A DNA stretch of 63,310 nt, counting the filler, from Collodictyon triciliatum (taxonomy: Eukaryota), in assembly GCA_043381765.1 (NCBI GenBank). It is 15 parts of 15 records of this genome, joined end to end, with 100 filler letters (N's around TTAATTAATTAA, not from the genome) between each part and the next. Parts side by side here need not be neighbours in the genome. Positions count along the whole stretch, not along the records: positions 12,198 to 16,161 come from JBHJMP010006661.1; positions 16,262 to 20,222 come from JBHJMP010006662.1; positions 20,323 to 24,280 come from JBHJMP010006663.1; positions 24,381 to 28,338 come from JBHJMP010006664.1; 11 more parts are not named here. One strand, written 5' to 3'. Of the stretch, positions 13,400-26,048 are shown in pieces. A program made the translations under genes and the position numbers. How positions within the stretch are numbered: the stretch's first letter is position 1; every line of letters starts with the position of its first letter. The notes beneath the pieces are model-generated. The model was not told the origin of the DNA. It did not search any database and worked only from the letters and a program-made list of their open reading frames with translations.

Positions 13400-15478
13400 A
13401 TGAAGACTGCGCTGCACGAAGCAACAAGCCGCCTTCTGTCGTGGCTTCCTGGCTGGCGCAACACAAATACAAATACAAACACAAACACAAACACAAACAC
13501 AAAGACAAACGCACCGCCAAATACCGGCACGCACAAGACAGCCATTGCCGCATCGCGCATCCGCAAGAGCCACGGGGTGCACGCCTCGCAGCTGGCCCAC
13601 CCGCACGGCCCGCTCTCGACGGCCGCCACCGAAGCTGCCCGCCCACCGCGCCTTCGCCGCAGAGACCGCGTGCGCCGCTTCCTGACGCGCCCGTCCGACT
13701 GGCTCTCGGTCGCCCGCGCCCTGGCCAACAAGCGCCCTCTCGCCCCGCTCGGGCCCAATGGCTGGCGCGTGAGTCTCCTTCTCTTCTCCTCTCTTCTCTT
13801 TTCGCTTCTCCTCTGCCAACCGACAGCGCAAATCGCGACACCGGCCCTGACAGCCGCCTGCGCAAACAGATCCAGGCCCTCAAGCGCCTCCCAACGCGCA
13901 GCCTGTCCCGCGCCTGGGGCTGGTTCCACAGCAGGCCGCTCCCCTTCTGGGCCCGCGCCCCGGTCTACCGTCTCTGGAGTCTGCTCTTCCGCTGCAACCT
14001 CGACGAGATCGCCGCCCCCCGCCTGGAGGACTATCCCAGCCTCGCCGACTTCTTCACACGCTCCCTCAAGCCCGGTGTCCGCCCCTTGGCCTCCGCCCCG
14101 CTGGTCTGTCCCGTGCTTCTCTCCCGCCTGTCCCTTGTTCTCCCTGCGCTTGTCGGCCAGCTCCTTTTGCTCCGGATTCATCTGCTCGAGATTCCGTCCA
14201 GGAGTGGGAAGACACCGCCGTTTCACTTTCTCTTTCTCTTTCTCTTTCTCTTTCTCTTTCTCTTCCTCTACTCTAAAGACATAACCAACCAGGTCAGCCC
14301 TGTGGATGGCCGCGTTCTGTACTTTGGCGAGGTGGCCGACGACATGCTGGAGCAGGTCAAGGGTGTGACTTATCCACTCGGCGAGTTTCTCGGTGAGATT
14401 CCGCGCCAGACGACGCGAATCAACCCTGCAAACAAGCTCTACCACTGTATCATTTATCTTGCACCGGGCGACTACCATCGTGTCCATTCCCCGGCCAACT
14501 GGTCTATCCAGCGTGCTAGACACTTCACTGGTCGGTCGCTTTTCTTTTCTTTTCATTTCTTTTCCTTTCCTTTTTTTTTTAATTTTCATTTTTATATTGA
14601 AGACATACCACACACTATCCATTCTTTCACCAAACTCATCCACATGATACATTGAGGATTCCGTGACCCGGGATCTCTATTTTTTATAATGAATTTTCAT
14701 TCCTTTTATCTTTTTTTTTTATTTAAGAATCCAAATGTTTGAAGCATTTGAACACTTTCGTCAACAGCGCCTGTTTATTAATCATCAGATTTTTTTTTCA
14801 TTTCCTCCTCTTCTCTCGCGTCCCTCAGGCGAGCTTTTTTCTGTGGCCCCGCACATGCTCCGAGTGGTGAAGAGCCTCTTTGTGCTGAACGAGCGTGTAG
14901 CGCTATGTGGTTCGTGGCCGCATGGATACTTCTCCATGACCGCCGTGGGCGCCTTCAACGTTGGCTCCATCTCGGTCAAGTTCGACCCGGTGAGTGTCAG
15001 CACGTCGACAATATATGAAAAGAAAAGAAACGAACAAGCTGATTTCCTAATCCACATCTTGTCCCCCATCGAATGGGGGATAGCCCCTCTCGAAAAGAAA
15101 AACTTTTCTCACACCGACGAGTTTTATTGATATTGAAATGTCTTTAATATATATGACGATTCAATATCATGTATTGTCCACTGTTTGCCAAAACTCACTA
15201 TCCCGAAATCATGTTATGTATTGTGCCATCCCTCACTCACATACTCGCCATCTCGCACAACCATGCAGGAGATTGTGACGAACCACTCATCACACTCAAA
15301 GAGCGATGTCTACCTTCGCACATATAACAACCAAGGCGTTTCCAAAGGCGACGAGCTGGCCACTTTCAATCTGGGCTCCACCGTCGTGTTGGTCTTTGAA
15401 GCGCCAGCCATCAAGTTCTGTGTGGAAGCCGGAACACACATCCGCATGGGAGAACCACTTGGCGTTTTCTCCCACTGA
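13400..15478 (+). CDS. PISD: Phosphatidylserine decarboxylase (mitochondrial type)
   Basis: Spliced motifs LPTRSLSRAWG, YPSLADFFTRSLKPGVRP, VSPVDGRV, QVKGVTY, IIYLAPGDYHRVHSP, LFVLNERV and VGAFNVGSI, plus the autocleavage motif FNLGSTVVLVFEAP. Basic N-terminal leader. Confidence 0.95.
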
Positions 15479-16301
15479 TCCACAAACACACGCACAACTT
15501 TATGAATCTTTCTGTTTTTCTTGTCTCAAACACACACACACACACTCACTCACTCAGTTCTGTGCTTGTTACTCATTATATCCACTCCACCGCGCATCTC
15601 CCTCTCCATGTACGCTTCATTACAAAACCTTCTCCTTCCTGTTCTTTTCTCCTCGTTGTCCGTCTGATTCTCTTAGAGCATTTGTGACGTGAAGAGCACG
15701 TCGCATAATCGGGTGTTCCTTCAGAAGATTCATCACTCCGTCCATTAAATAAACCGGTCTTTTGCTTCGTCACCAAAGGAGCTTCTCCCTCTCGCCATCT
15801 CCAGTGGACAAACACAACTGTTGCCTTAAAGCAAACCACGCGGACGATAAAACCTCTTTTGCGACTCCGCTGAGACGAACACCGGAAACTTGTAGGCGCT
15901 GCCGCACGATTGAAAAGTGTAGCGTAAACTCCACAAAGACAAACAAATAAACACACAAAGGCAGGAAATGTTGTTTCTCGCAGCTTCGTTGCGATCTCTT
16001 CTTCCTACGCTCAGCCGTCCTGTATTTGCCCCAGTAGCGGTTAGAGGTAACTTTCTCTTACTCGCATTGAATCCCTTGGAAAAAAACAATAAACAAAAAA
16101 CAAAAAACAAAAAACAAAAAACAAAAAACAAAAAACAAAAAACAAAAAACAAAAAACAAAANNNNNNNNNNNNNNNNNNNNNNNNNNNNNNNNNNNNNNN
16201 NNNNNTTAATTAATTAANNNNNNNNNNNNNNNNNNNNNNNNNNNNNNNNNNNNNNNNNNNNGTTTTTTGTTTTTTGTTTTTTGTTTTTTTTTTTTTTGTT
16301 T

Positions 16302-16388
<87 letters not shown>

Positions 16389-16629
16389 GTCTTTTTGTTT
16401 TTTGGATTTCTATAGTGGGAGCCTCTTATTTTCACACTTGAAGAAGAATCAGCAGACAAAACATTATATGCGCCGGTTGCAACACCCTCTTCGTTTTGTT
16501 GCCATTGCACTCTGCAGGCAAAGCCGCTGCCATCTCTTTTCTACTTTTCTTCTGCCTCCTCTTTTCTCTTTTTAAAAAAATAATAATCTCTCGGTTGATC
16601 AGAGTTGTTTTGAGGTAAAGTAGGCAATC

Positions 16630-18568
16630 ATGGCCGGTTTCTCGAGCCGCATCCTGATTCTGCTCGTGCTTGTTGTACTCGTCCCGTCTCTCTTTTTCAA
16701 CCTGGCGTTTCTTTCGCGCTTCGATCACGGACTGCAATCCGTCCACTCGATCCCTGGAGTAAATCAAGAAGAACGCGCTGTAATCACCGTCCTCTTTTTT
16801 TTCTTCTTTGTCTTTGTCTTTTCTCTTCGTAGCGTTTTCATTTGCTTATCATCCATGTATATGCGTATATCTGCTTGTTTTAGCATCCTTTCTCTTCGAC
16901 TCAATGTCATGCTACTCACCGTTGTCAAAACACAGGCCAATCAGCGTCATCTTCCACGCAATCACACCATGCTTGTCCAGCAGTACGTTTGTCCACACAT
17001 TGAAAAGATTGGTTTGTGTAATTATTATTCCACTTCACATGTTTATGTCTATGTTTCGATGTGTCCAATCACAATATCCTTCATGATTTGCTTATTTTTT
17101 TCATTGTCGACATGCCATGTTACTTGGTAATGATAATATTACCGCTTAATCATGTTAATATGTTCAATTTTATTATTCCTTTTCTAGTATTTCATCTTTT
17201 GATATTAAAAAAAATCAGCATTTGTAACTTATCTAAAAAAAGAAAACCAATCATGGATGCCACAGGAAAAACGGAAGGTGGATGGACGACTTGCATCACT
17301 CCCAGCATCAATCGAGACAGCGTTATCTACAGTTTTGGGCTCGGAAACGACCCGGCTTTTGATTTGACCTTCATCGAACGGTACGGCCCTGTGGTTCATG
17401 CCTTCGATCCGACACCAACAGGGGAGAAGCTATTTGCTCGATTGAAGTAATTTTTCTCTTCTTTCTGTGCATCATCATTTGGTATTCACGTTTCGACTTT
17501 CTCATTTTTCTTCTCATGAATATGTCATACATTCATCTGTCTCTATTAATTAGCTTATTTGTTCTATAACCTTCCATAATCATAATGATTGCCTCAAGTC
17601 AATTTCATACGATAATGTCAAACTCTGATTACATGTTATTGCGAATTATGAATCAGAAATAAGCCAAAAGAATGGATTTTCCACTCGTGGGGTTTGCATA
17701 AAGCAGACGAGAATATGACTTTTCTTGCACCGAAAGGCCACGACCAGTACTCGATTCAGAATTGGGATGGAAAATACAATGACGAGCGAAAAATCATCAG
17801 ACCAGGGTACACATTATTCTCTCTTACACCGCTGGCTTATTTTCCTCGTATTTTTTATTTTAATTACGTGATACTGCTTCGAGTCATGAACCTTGCTCTG
17901 TAAGAAAGCTCAAAAAAAAAAAAAAAGGAACAAAAAATGTATTCGTATGTGTGGATTGTGATATCTTGAATTGTATGAAACTCGGCAATTACTCATACTA
18001 GATATAAGCTCAGCACCATCATGAAAATGCTTGGGCATTCCCACGTGCATGTGTGCAAGGTGGACATCGAAGGGAGTGAATGGGGTATTATTGACGACTT
18101 GCTAGAGAAAAAACCGAGCATCGACCAAATCTTTTTCGAATTCCACTTCTTTGACTTTGATAAAACAGACAAGTATTCTGAGCAGGTTTTTTCTTTTTAA
18201 AATATGCATGAGGGGCAGCAACCTTTGGTTAATCCTTTTACTTTCTTCTTTCGTCCTCGTCTAGTTATAAGACTTTAAAGTACATATGTTTATATCAATA
18301 ACATAATTCATTTTTTTGAAACATAAGAAGTACTGCTTTGGATGATTTTTTTTTCATATATGTTATCCAGATAATTTTTGTGACTTGAATTATGTATTCG
18401 TCAATTTTTACTTTTATTATTATTTTTTGGCAGGTGACGAAGTTTATTGAGAAGCTAAACTCGCTTGGCTATAAATGGTTCTTCAGAAACAATTTCCGCC
18501 AACTCGGCAAGCGATATAACCCACCTGGGGAGTTCAACTATGTGGAGTACTCTTTCATTCGCCCGTGA
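16630..18568 (+). CDS. Membrane-anchored FkbM/METTL24-like methyltransferase
   Basis: N-terminal hydrophobic anchor. Exons contain GGWTTC, VIYSFGLGNDPAFD, VHAFDPTP, LSTIMKMLGH..CKVDIEGSEW, QIFFEFH and the terminal VEYSFIRP*. Confidence 0.85.
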
Positions 18569-19516
18569 TGAGACGCGGTGCTTACAAGCGCAACCGCCAA
18601 AAGATTTATCCAGTTTTTTTTTCTACTTCTCTTTCACTTTTCTACTAATGAAGCGAAATCTAAAAGGCTACAAATAAAAATACAAAATGAGCTGAATTTT
18701 CCCCTCTTAATTGCGAGCTTTTAACACTGTTGATAAGTAACAGTGGTGGAGTTACTATCAAAGAAAAACAAAGGAATACATAAGAAAAATTCCATGAAAT
18801 CACTCGAGAAAATATTTGCAATAAAGTATCTGATTATAACCACTCACATCACCCATGAAATACAGTCGTGGTCGATTATTGCATGGTTTATTGTGGTATG
18901 CATCTAAGGACACTATCTTTTCACGACTACTTCTCAAAAATGATTATTATTGTGCATTTCATTGAGCAATTTATTTCATGATTTACCACTTTAAGGACAA
19001 TTCTGAAAAGAGTGATAACTCTCACCCTTCTTTGGTGCTTCTTAGTTCCTCGAAATAGTTGGGGTTTTTATATCTACAGTTCAATACCATAAAGGTTTGA
19101 AGAGACTTTTTCAAGTGCCTTAATATTTCTCCATATTGCCAGACACATAAGGCTTTGTGGTTGTGAGGAATGAGCTGCAAAGACCGGGATGAAGCATCCC
19201 TCACACGCAGATATGAAAACAGACGTGAATTATCATGTCTTGCAGATGAAAGGTGATGATGAATTTCTTTATTAATACACCCATGGAAACACATGTTCCA
19301 TCTCGCATTGGTTTTTATATCGCCTGTCGATTGGGAGGGAATACACCTCTCTGGATTTTTCGTTTCATATAAATAATTAGTTTGGTGGCATTGGTAGACG
19401 CAGAGGGCAGGCTGATGGAGGATGAGACTTTTCCAGGATAAAGAATAAAATAGATGGGAAAAAAGGAGATAGAAGAAAAACGCTGCTTGACCAATCTGAA
19501 TTGAAGTAAACAATAA

Positions 19517-19551
<35 letters not shown>

Positions 19552-19761
19552 ATATAAAATGAACAGAATGAACAAAATGAAATTGGCTGTGGTTGCATCG
19601 ATTTATTTTGGGGCTAGAACAGAAGGCGGAGATAGGCATTCCTCGGCAACTGCGGCTTCGATCTGTTCTGTTTCTTCTTTTTTTTTCTCTCTCTGGACTT
19701 CTCAGTGCGGATGTGTGCCTGATGGGAGCGTCTGCAAAACCGCGAGAGAAAAAAACGGAGT

Positions 19762-19917
19762 CTACTTGTCCTTGCGGCTCTTTTCCTCCACCTCTTTGGC
19801 CTGGCCCAGCAGAACGTTCGCCCACCACTTCACGTCCGGAAGATTGTAGTTCTGCGCGGCGTAGATTCCAGAGACTCCGCCAATGGCAAAGCTGAAGACA
19901 GCACCGAAGAGACTCAT
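19762..19917 (-). CDS. STMP1: Short transmembrane mitochondrial protein 1-like (51 aa)
   Basis: MSLFGAVFSFAIGGVSGIYAAQNYNLPDVK..AKEVEEKSRK carries the G.Y.AQNY..P signature of this micropeptide family. Confidence 0.85.
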   Translation of the reverse strand: MSLFGAVFSFAIGGVSGIYAAQNYNLPDVKWWANVLLGQAKEVEEKSRKDK

Positions 19918-21244
19918 GGCTGAATCGGCGAAGTGTTCATGAGTAAGGAATGCAGCGCGCAGAGTTTGATTGTGCGCGACGGTGTTTTCGATTCTCTGTT
20001 TCTGCGAGATGTAACGAGATCCGTGTGTTTCCTTCTGGCTGCTTCGGTTTTTCACCCTGCTTTGTCCTGAATCGCCCGACATGCCATATTTTCCACAAAA
20101 AATTTACTAAAGCGGAGCGGCCACATTAGGGCAGAAAACAAAAACAAAAACAAAAAACAAAAAACAAAAAACAAAAAACAAAAAACAAAAAACAAAAAAC
20201 AAAAAAACAAAAAAAAAAAAAANNNNNNNNNNNNNNNNNNNNNNNNNNNNNNNNNNNNNNNNNNNNTTAATTAATTAANNNNNNNNNNNNNNNNNNNNNN
20301 NNNNNNNNNNNNNNNNNNNNNNAAATAAAAAACAAAATAAAAAACAAAATAAAAAACAAAATAAAAAACAAAATAAAAAACAAAATAAAAAACAAAATAA
20401 AAAACAAAATAAAAAACAAAACAAAAAACAAAACAAAACAAAAAACAAAACAAAAAACAAAACAAGAGGAATAATGTTCGCGAGTTATTACAGAGCTTGC
20501 TTCTTTGTTATCTTTCCTACAGATCTTCCTTGGTTGATTAAACCCCCTGTTGGTATGTTTGTCGTGCATTTTTGTCTGTGAGCGATGCAGTAGATGGGGT
20601 GGCCCTTTCTGTATAATAGGGTCTTTTGTCAAAATAACACGAGATTTTGTCATCAACTGCATATGTCTTACTATATTTTAAATTATGTTTTTTTTTCTTA
20701 ACAAGGACGTTAATGAATTGTAGCAAAACAAACGACAAACGACAAACGACAAACGACAACAACAATAGCAAAAAAAAAAAAAAAACCAAACAAACAAAAA
20801 AAAAAAAAAACAAATAATACAAAGGCGATGTGAACTTGCAACAGTGAAGATATAGTTTACCTCAAATTTCTTCTTATGGAGCGATTCAATGGAAGCGGTT
20901 ATTTTTTTCGTTTTTTGTCTCTTATTTGCATCAGGCAGATTTTTTTCTAAATTTTCACAGGATTTGGTGAAACGATATTCTTTAGGTTGTTTGAAGTATT
21001 TTTTCTTCATTTTTTTTTTTTCAAAAAAAAAGGTGTTATACCTGGAGAAACAGCCAACGGAAAAGAGTCATCTTCAGGTTCTTGCAATCTGGAGGGATAA
21101 TTATAAAATTTTTACGATTGGAATCATAAAGCCAAGCCAGACAAAAGAAAACAAAAGAAAACAAAAGAACGAATACTCATTTTTGATACACATGACGGCT
21201 ACAACTGGTATAGTATGATATTAATGTTTATTTTGATGTAGAAA

Positions 21245-23964
21245 TTACATAGACAGGTAAACCCAACAATCGTATGAGTCTAAATAAGGGTCAGCAAGTT
21301 CCAAGTCGAATTGAATTTCTAATAAGCTATGAGAAAGGATATTTTATTCGAAAAATTGCATACTTAAAGTGAGAACATTCATGAAATTTTATTACTTTTC
21401 CAAGAGGGCAATCACCATGCGAGATAACTCATTTGATCTCAAAATGGCACCTCGCCTTAAAGTGAACCTGCATCAATCATCATGAGTAATATTAATAAAA
21501 ACAAAGTATTAATTAACATAAAACTCATATAGCCAAAAGGGGAGATACTATTTTGTTTCATATATCCCACTAATAGTAATTGTGAAATACCTAATAGCAA
21601 CTGTAAAAAAAAAAAAGAAGAAAAAATACTGTGAATTTCGATAGTTCCATATAATCGCTTGTAGGTTGGATGAAATGAGCTTTTCATTCAAGGACCACCG
21701 AAGGAATGCCCTAGCACGTCCCAACGGAGTAGTCAAGCAGCTAATACTCCGTATCATAGATATTGTTTTCTAAATAAAATATGTTATTTGAGCTCTCCAG
21801 ATGTGAAGTCTGTGTAAATTAAGAATGTAATATGTCTTTGAATCAAATAAAAAAAAAGGGGGGAGGGGAGAGGGTTTTTTTTTTACACTCATTCCAGGTA
21901 GGCAGTCTGCTATTGAAAATAAGAAGCTACAGTACAAGCTCCCAAAGTCATCCTTACCAGAGGTCTCTTTGTAATTTTAACTTATTATTCATTCTTCAGC
22001 AATATCAAATATCACACAATATTCGATCTTTTTCTTTATATTTAACACTGCCATGCTGGTCTAAATAAAAAAAAAACCACAAAATACCTTGTATATCGTG
22101 AATTATAATTGCTTCAATACTCTCACATAAGTGGGTAACAGTTTGCATGCTATCCTAATCCACATAATTACATGATTTAATGAATGCACAAATGAATAAA
22201 TATTGAGAATTGAATTCATTTTATATATAAAAAAAGTCTTATTATAGGATTGTATGAATAATGACTCTCAGTGGTGATGATTCCTGTGAAGTTGCCATAG
22301 TTTCGATGATGTTCTGCATATAATAGATATGGATATGCACTGAGTAGTATAGTTCGCGGTGGTAGCTAAACAATAATATGTGTAGATAAGAAGTCACAGT
22401 AGAGAAGGATGATTGAATTGAATTACTATTCGAAGGTCTTCAATCAGATCTTCTGAAGACTTTGAGCGACTAGATTGAGTGAAATGTGACCATTAGGGAG
22501 TATTAATAAATGGCTCATGATTCGTTTGTCCCTATTTTTTTCGATATGAGAAATTCTGTTCAAAAAGGTTGGACATTTACCAAGCCAGAAACAAGACAGT
22601 TGATTCTTGTACACTATCTATGGCTGATGGCAATCAATTTAATCATTATGACTTAAAGACAGTATTTTTTTTTGTGGCACTATCCTGTGTATCCTACAAG
22701 CTAGCCGCGCTGCAACAAAGAAAAAGGGTCGACGAAAAAAAAAAAAAAAAAAAAAAGGGAAAAAAAAACATAGTTGAGTTGTGTTGTACTTACTTTTTGC
22801 AAGGGTGGTCACATTTGGATCGGAGCTAGCACTCGATAGATAAGAAATATGATTTTCAGGGTCTTGAATTACTTTTGAAGGCGCTTCGTCCCAGGGAAGA
22901 TCCCTGGAGTAATTTTAAGTTGAGTTTTTGCAGCTATTGCTCTTAAAATAAACATACATATTAAAGGCGGCTGATCTGGGAGATAATTATATTAAACGCA
23001 CAACATGTAAGCTCGCTTCAGGAAATCATCTTGGTCTAGCCTGGTGTCAGTGTGATCTTCGCTGAATGTTTCCATTGTAACGCTGCCAGAAATATCGCGA
23101 GGTTTAATTGAAAATGTTCTTGTGGCTTCGACCTTGGAGTCCACATTAAATAAACCAAATGCTACCTTTCCAACAATGGGAAAAATATTGCCTGAAGCTC
23201 TTCATGAGTTACAATGGATGATTTTTCATAATATTTCCTTGAATGAGAACGCAAAAAAATCAACGCTAGAATGAATTAATTGCATAGGAAAATACCTTGA
23301 TGTAAAGTATCTACATAGAATAATATATTAAAATAAAAAAGGAGCTACGATGTATTAATACAATAAATCGATTTTTTTAACGCTAAAAATCATTACTCCC
23401 CGTAACCCCCATATACAAGAGCAGTGATGTAATCATACAAAGCATGTTCATTCAAGGACATCCTCAGAAATGAACGGAGTCTCCCTCTGGGCGTCTTGAG
23501 GCCCGGTATCGAATAGATGCTCTGTAAAGCCCTATCATGTCAAATATATTTTTCATCTTGGATTTTTGTAGTCTAAAAGTTGACATATCACGCAGAGGAA
23601 AACAAAAGACAATGACGATATTGTGCCAATATTATGTGCTTACACAGAACCATTCGGTATGCAATATTTCAAATTATCAAAGAATGACATTATTGGGCGA
23701 GTTCGAAAAAAGGAATTTTCTGTATGATTTATTCGTCAATAAAATTTGAGTAATCACAAGTTAACGGCAATATGCATCAAGCAATTAAAAGTAAAAATAA
23801 AAGTCCTTAAAGTATTTATATGGAAGCCCACTGGATAATTATTAATTCTTACGTTTAAATCCATAGCTCAGAATATTTTCGAGTGTTTCGCACAAGTCGT
23901 TCACAAGAATGGACCGATCCTCTTTACTTCCAGAGGAGCCATCACGCATCAAGTTTTGGAATGC
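21245..23964 (-). CDS. Protein with two RUN domains, partial (5' missing)
   Basis: First RUN: LCETLENILSYGFK and LKTPRGRLRSFLRMSLNEHAL. Second RUN: LTTPLGRARAFLRWSLNEKLISSNL, AILRSNE and IQFDL. Stop at 21245. Confidence 0.8.
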
Positions 23965-24103
23965 CTACGAATATCAGCGTTTTTTATTTTTATTTTTATT
24001 CTCCCTTTCCAATTTATGCATGATGATGGGCTACAGATATTTGTATTAGAAGAGAGGGTCCATTCACAGGCTAACTGTCTATTTTCTTTGATAGTAAGGA
24101 ATA

Positions 24104-24280
24104 AATAGAAAAATAGAAAAATAGAAAAATAGAAAAATAGAAAAATAGAAAAATAGAAAAATAGAAAAATAGAAAAATAGAAAAAAAGAAAAATAGAAAA
24201 ATAGAAAAATAGAAAAATAGAAAAATAGAAAAATAGAAAAATAGAAAAATAGAAAAATAGAAAAATAGAAAAATAGAAAA
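24104..24280. repeat. (AATAGAAA)n microsatellite
   Basis: Octamer tandem run to the contig end. Confidence 0.95.
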
Positions 24281-24828
24281 NNNNNNNNNNNNNNNNNNNN
24301 NNNNNNNNNNNNNNNNNNNNNNNNTTAATTAATTAANNNNNNNNNNNNNNNNNNNNNNNNNNNNNNNNNNNNNNNNNNNNTTTTCCTTTGTTATTCAGGA
24401 CGGCTGTGGTTGGCTGTGCATCTTGTGTGCGGAATGCGGTGGAGCCTGGCGTTGTGATGTACGAGCCGTCTTCTTTGAATGAGATTTCTCTGATGGTGGC
24501 CACTTCGCCTTCGTGAGTTTGTTTGATGATGCAGAAGCCTTTCTGGTTATCTCGCAAGATTAAACTCTCACTATAGCAGCGACAATAATTGAACACCGCA
24601 AGGCAATAATTTCAAACATTTAATTTCAAACTTGTAACATCCACATGCATGGACAATTTACCGCGTGTTCGATAAATATTGATGTTGTGTGCGCTCAGCA
24701 GCGGGGCTAAATATATGTTCAAGGTGCAACACAACAGTCTTGCGAGAACCACATTCGCCGGTTGTTTTTTTATTTTCCTTTGGTTGGTTAGCCACTTATG
24801 CAGGAAGTTATGAATTGGGTTGTCTGTA

Positions 24829-26048
24829 TCATGGTGGGTCTGGAGGTAAATGAGATTGAGGAAAGAGGGCACATAGAATCTGTGGCAGCAATATATGAAA
24901 GAGGTCTTTTGAACTCTCCTCAAACAGATGAACATTGTCTCTGTTAAGTTTGTTATGAAATATGAGCCTTGTACTCGGATACCTGTTAAATTCCAACCAA
25001 TTGTATTTTTTTACAAGCTCATGGTGAAGCTTATTGATATTTATGGTACATTCATCAATATCAATCCAGGCTTGGGTATCAAGCCATATGATGGGGATAT
25101 CCAGGGTTTCATTAACCAGTCGAAAAAATTCAACAGACCCCTTGGTTATGTTTTCGTAAGGCAGAATATGAAAGCAGTCATGCAAGCCAAAGGAAAATAT
25201 AAATAAGTCTGGCTTCCGTTGACTCATAAAATTTTTCATCAAGTACTCGTCATAATTTTGGTATGCGAAATGTTTCCAGTCAAAAGTCATTTCATAACCG
25301 TCCAGGACCTTTGGTGAAAAATCGCACCTAGCCTCGTTAGGAGAATCTGAATACCGAACCTCGTTTTCACGGGTTGGTTGCCTCGAGCAATTACCAGATC
25401 GTACAAACTCTGTGGTTATAGTTATCCATTAAAAAAAAGAAGCAAATCTAGAGGTTAGTGTAAGTGAAGAAAAATATCACACAAATTACCTCGAAACAAG
25501 ACGAAGTCAAAGTCTACATATTTTCCAATGCCCTTCAAAAATTGAGAGGCCTATAATGTCCAATTTAAAATACAAGAGTATTGTATTCAAGTCAGTATAA
25601 AAAGTACAAGGAAAAGGACAAGCAAAGTTCACAGTTTGAAAAAGACCAAATAGCGAAGGGAATTTTGGGATACAAAACAATGGAAGAACCAGTCGGAGGG
25701 AAATGTACCACTTTGCGACAAAAATTTTTGTAAGAAGGTTTCAACCATTTGCCTGACAGTAGAATCTCCATAGAAATACAGCCACTTGTTCTTCAACATA
25801 GAGATGTCACGGAGTGATTTTTTACGCATCGAACGATACAATTCAGGCTTGCTGACATCCTCGATGAATCTTACTCCTGTTGAGTTTTTTTCCCACGTTC
25901 CGTAAGGGGTTATGTTTGGGCAGTTTCTCCAGTCACCTAACTTTGCGCCTGAACTTTCTTCCTCGGAAGGTGGTCCCATTTGTAACAGAAAAACAAGTGC
26001 TCCAACGATCATGAAGATGGAAACCCAGAACAAAGATTTTCTGGTCAT
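24829..26048 (-). CDS. PC-esterase / SGNH-like (GDS...DxxH) type II membrane protein
   Basis: N-terminal transmembrane segment MTRKSLFWVSIFMIVGALVFLL. Motifs LYFYGDSTVRQM, PDLFIFSFGLHD and C-terminal DNVH. At least one GT-AG intron. Confidence 0.8.

Noticed and set aside
13381-14652. 423 aa antisense ORF over PISD
   Set aside because: Shadow of GC-rich PISD exons plus an intronic CT repeat.
19022-19828. 268 aa minus-strand ORF
   Set aside because: Non-ATG start inside STMP1, crosses a (TTTA)n repeat and has no recognisable domain.
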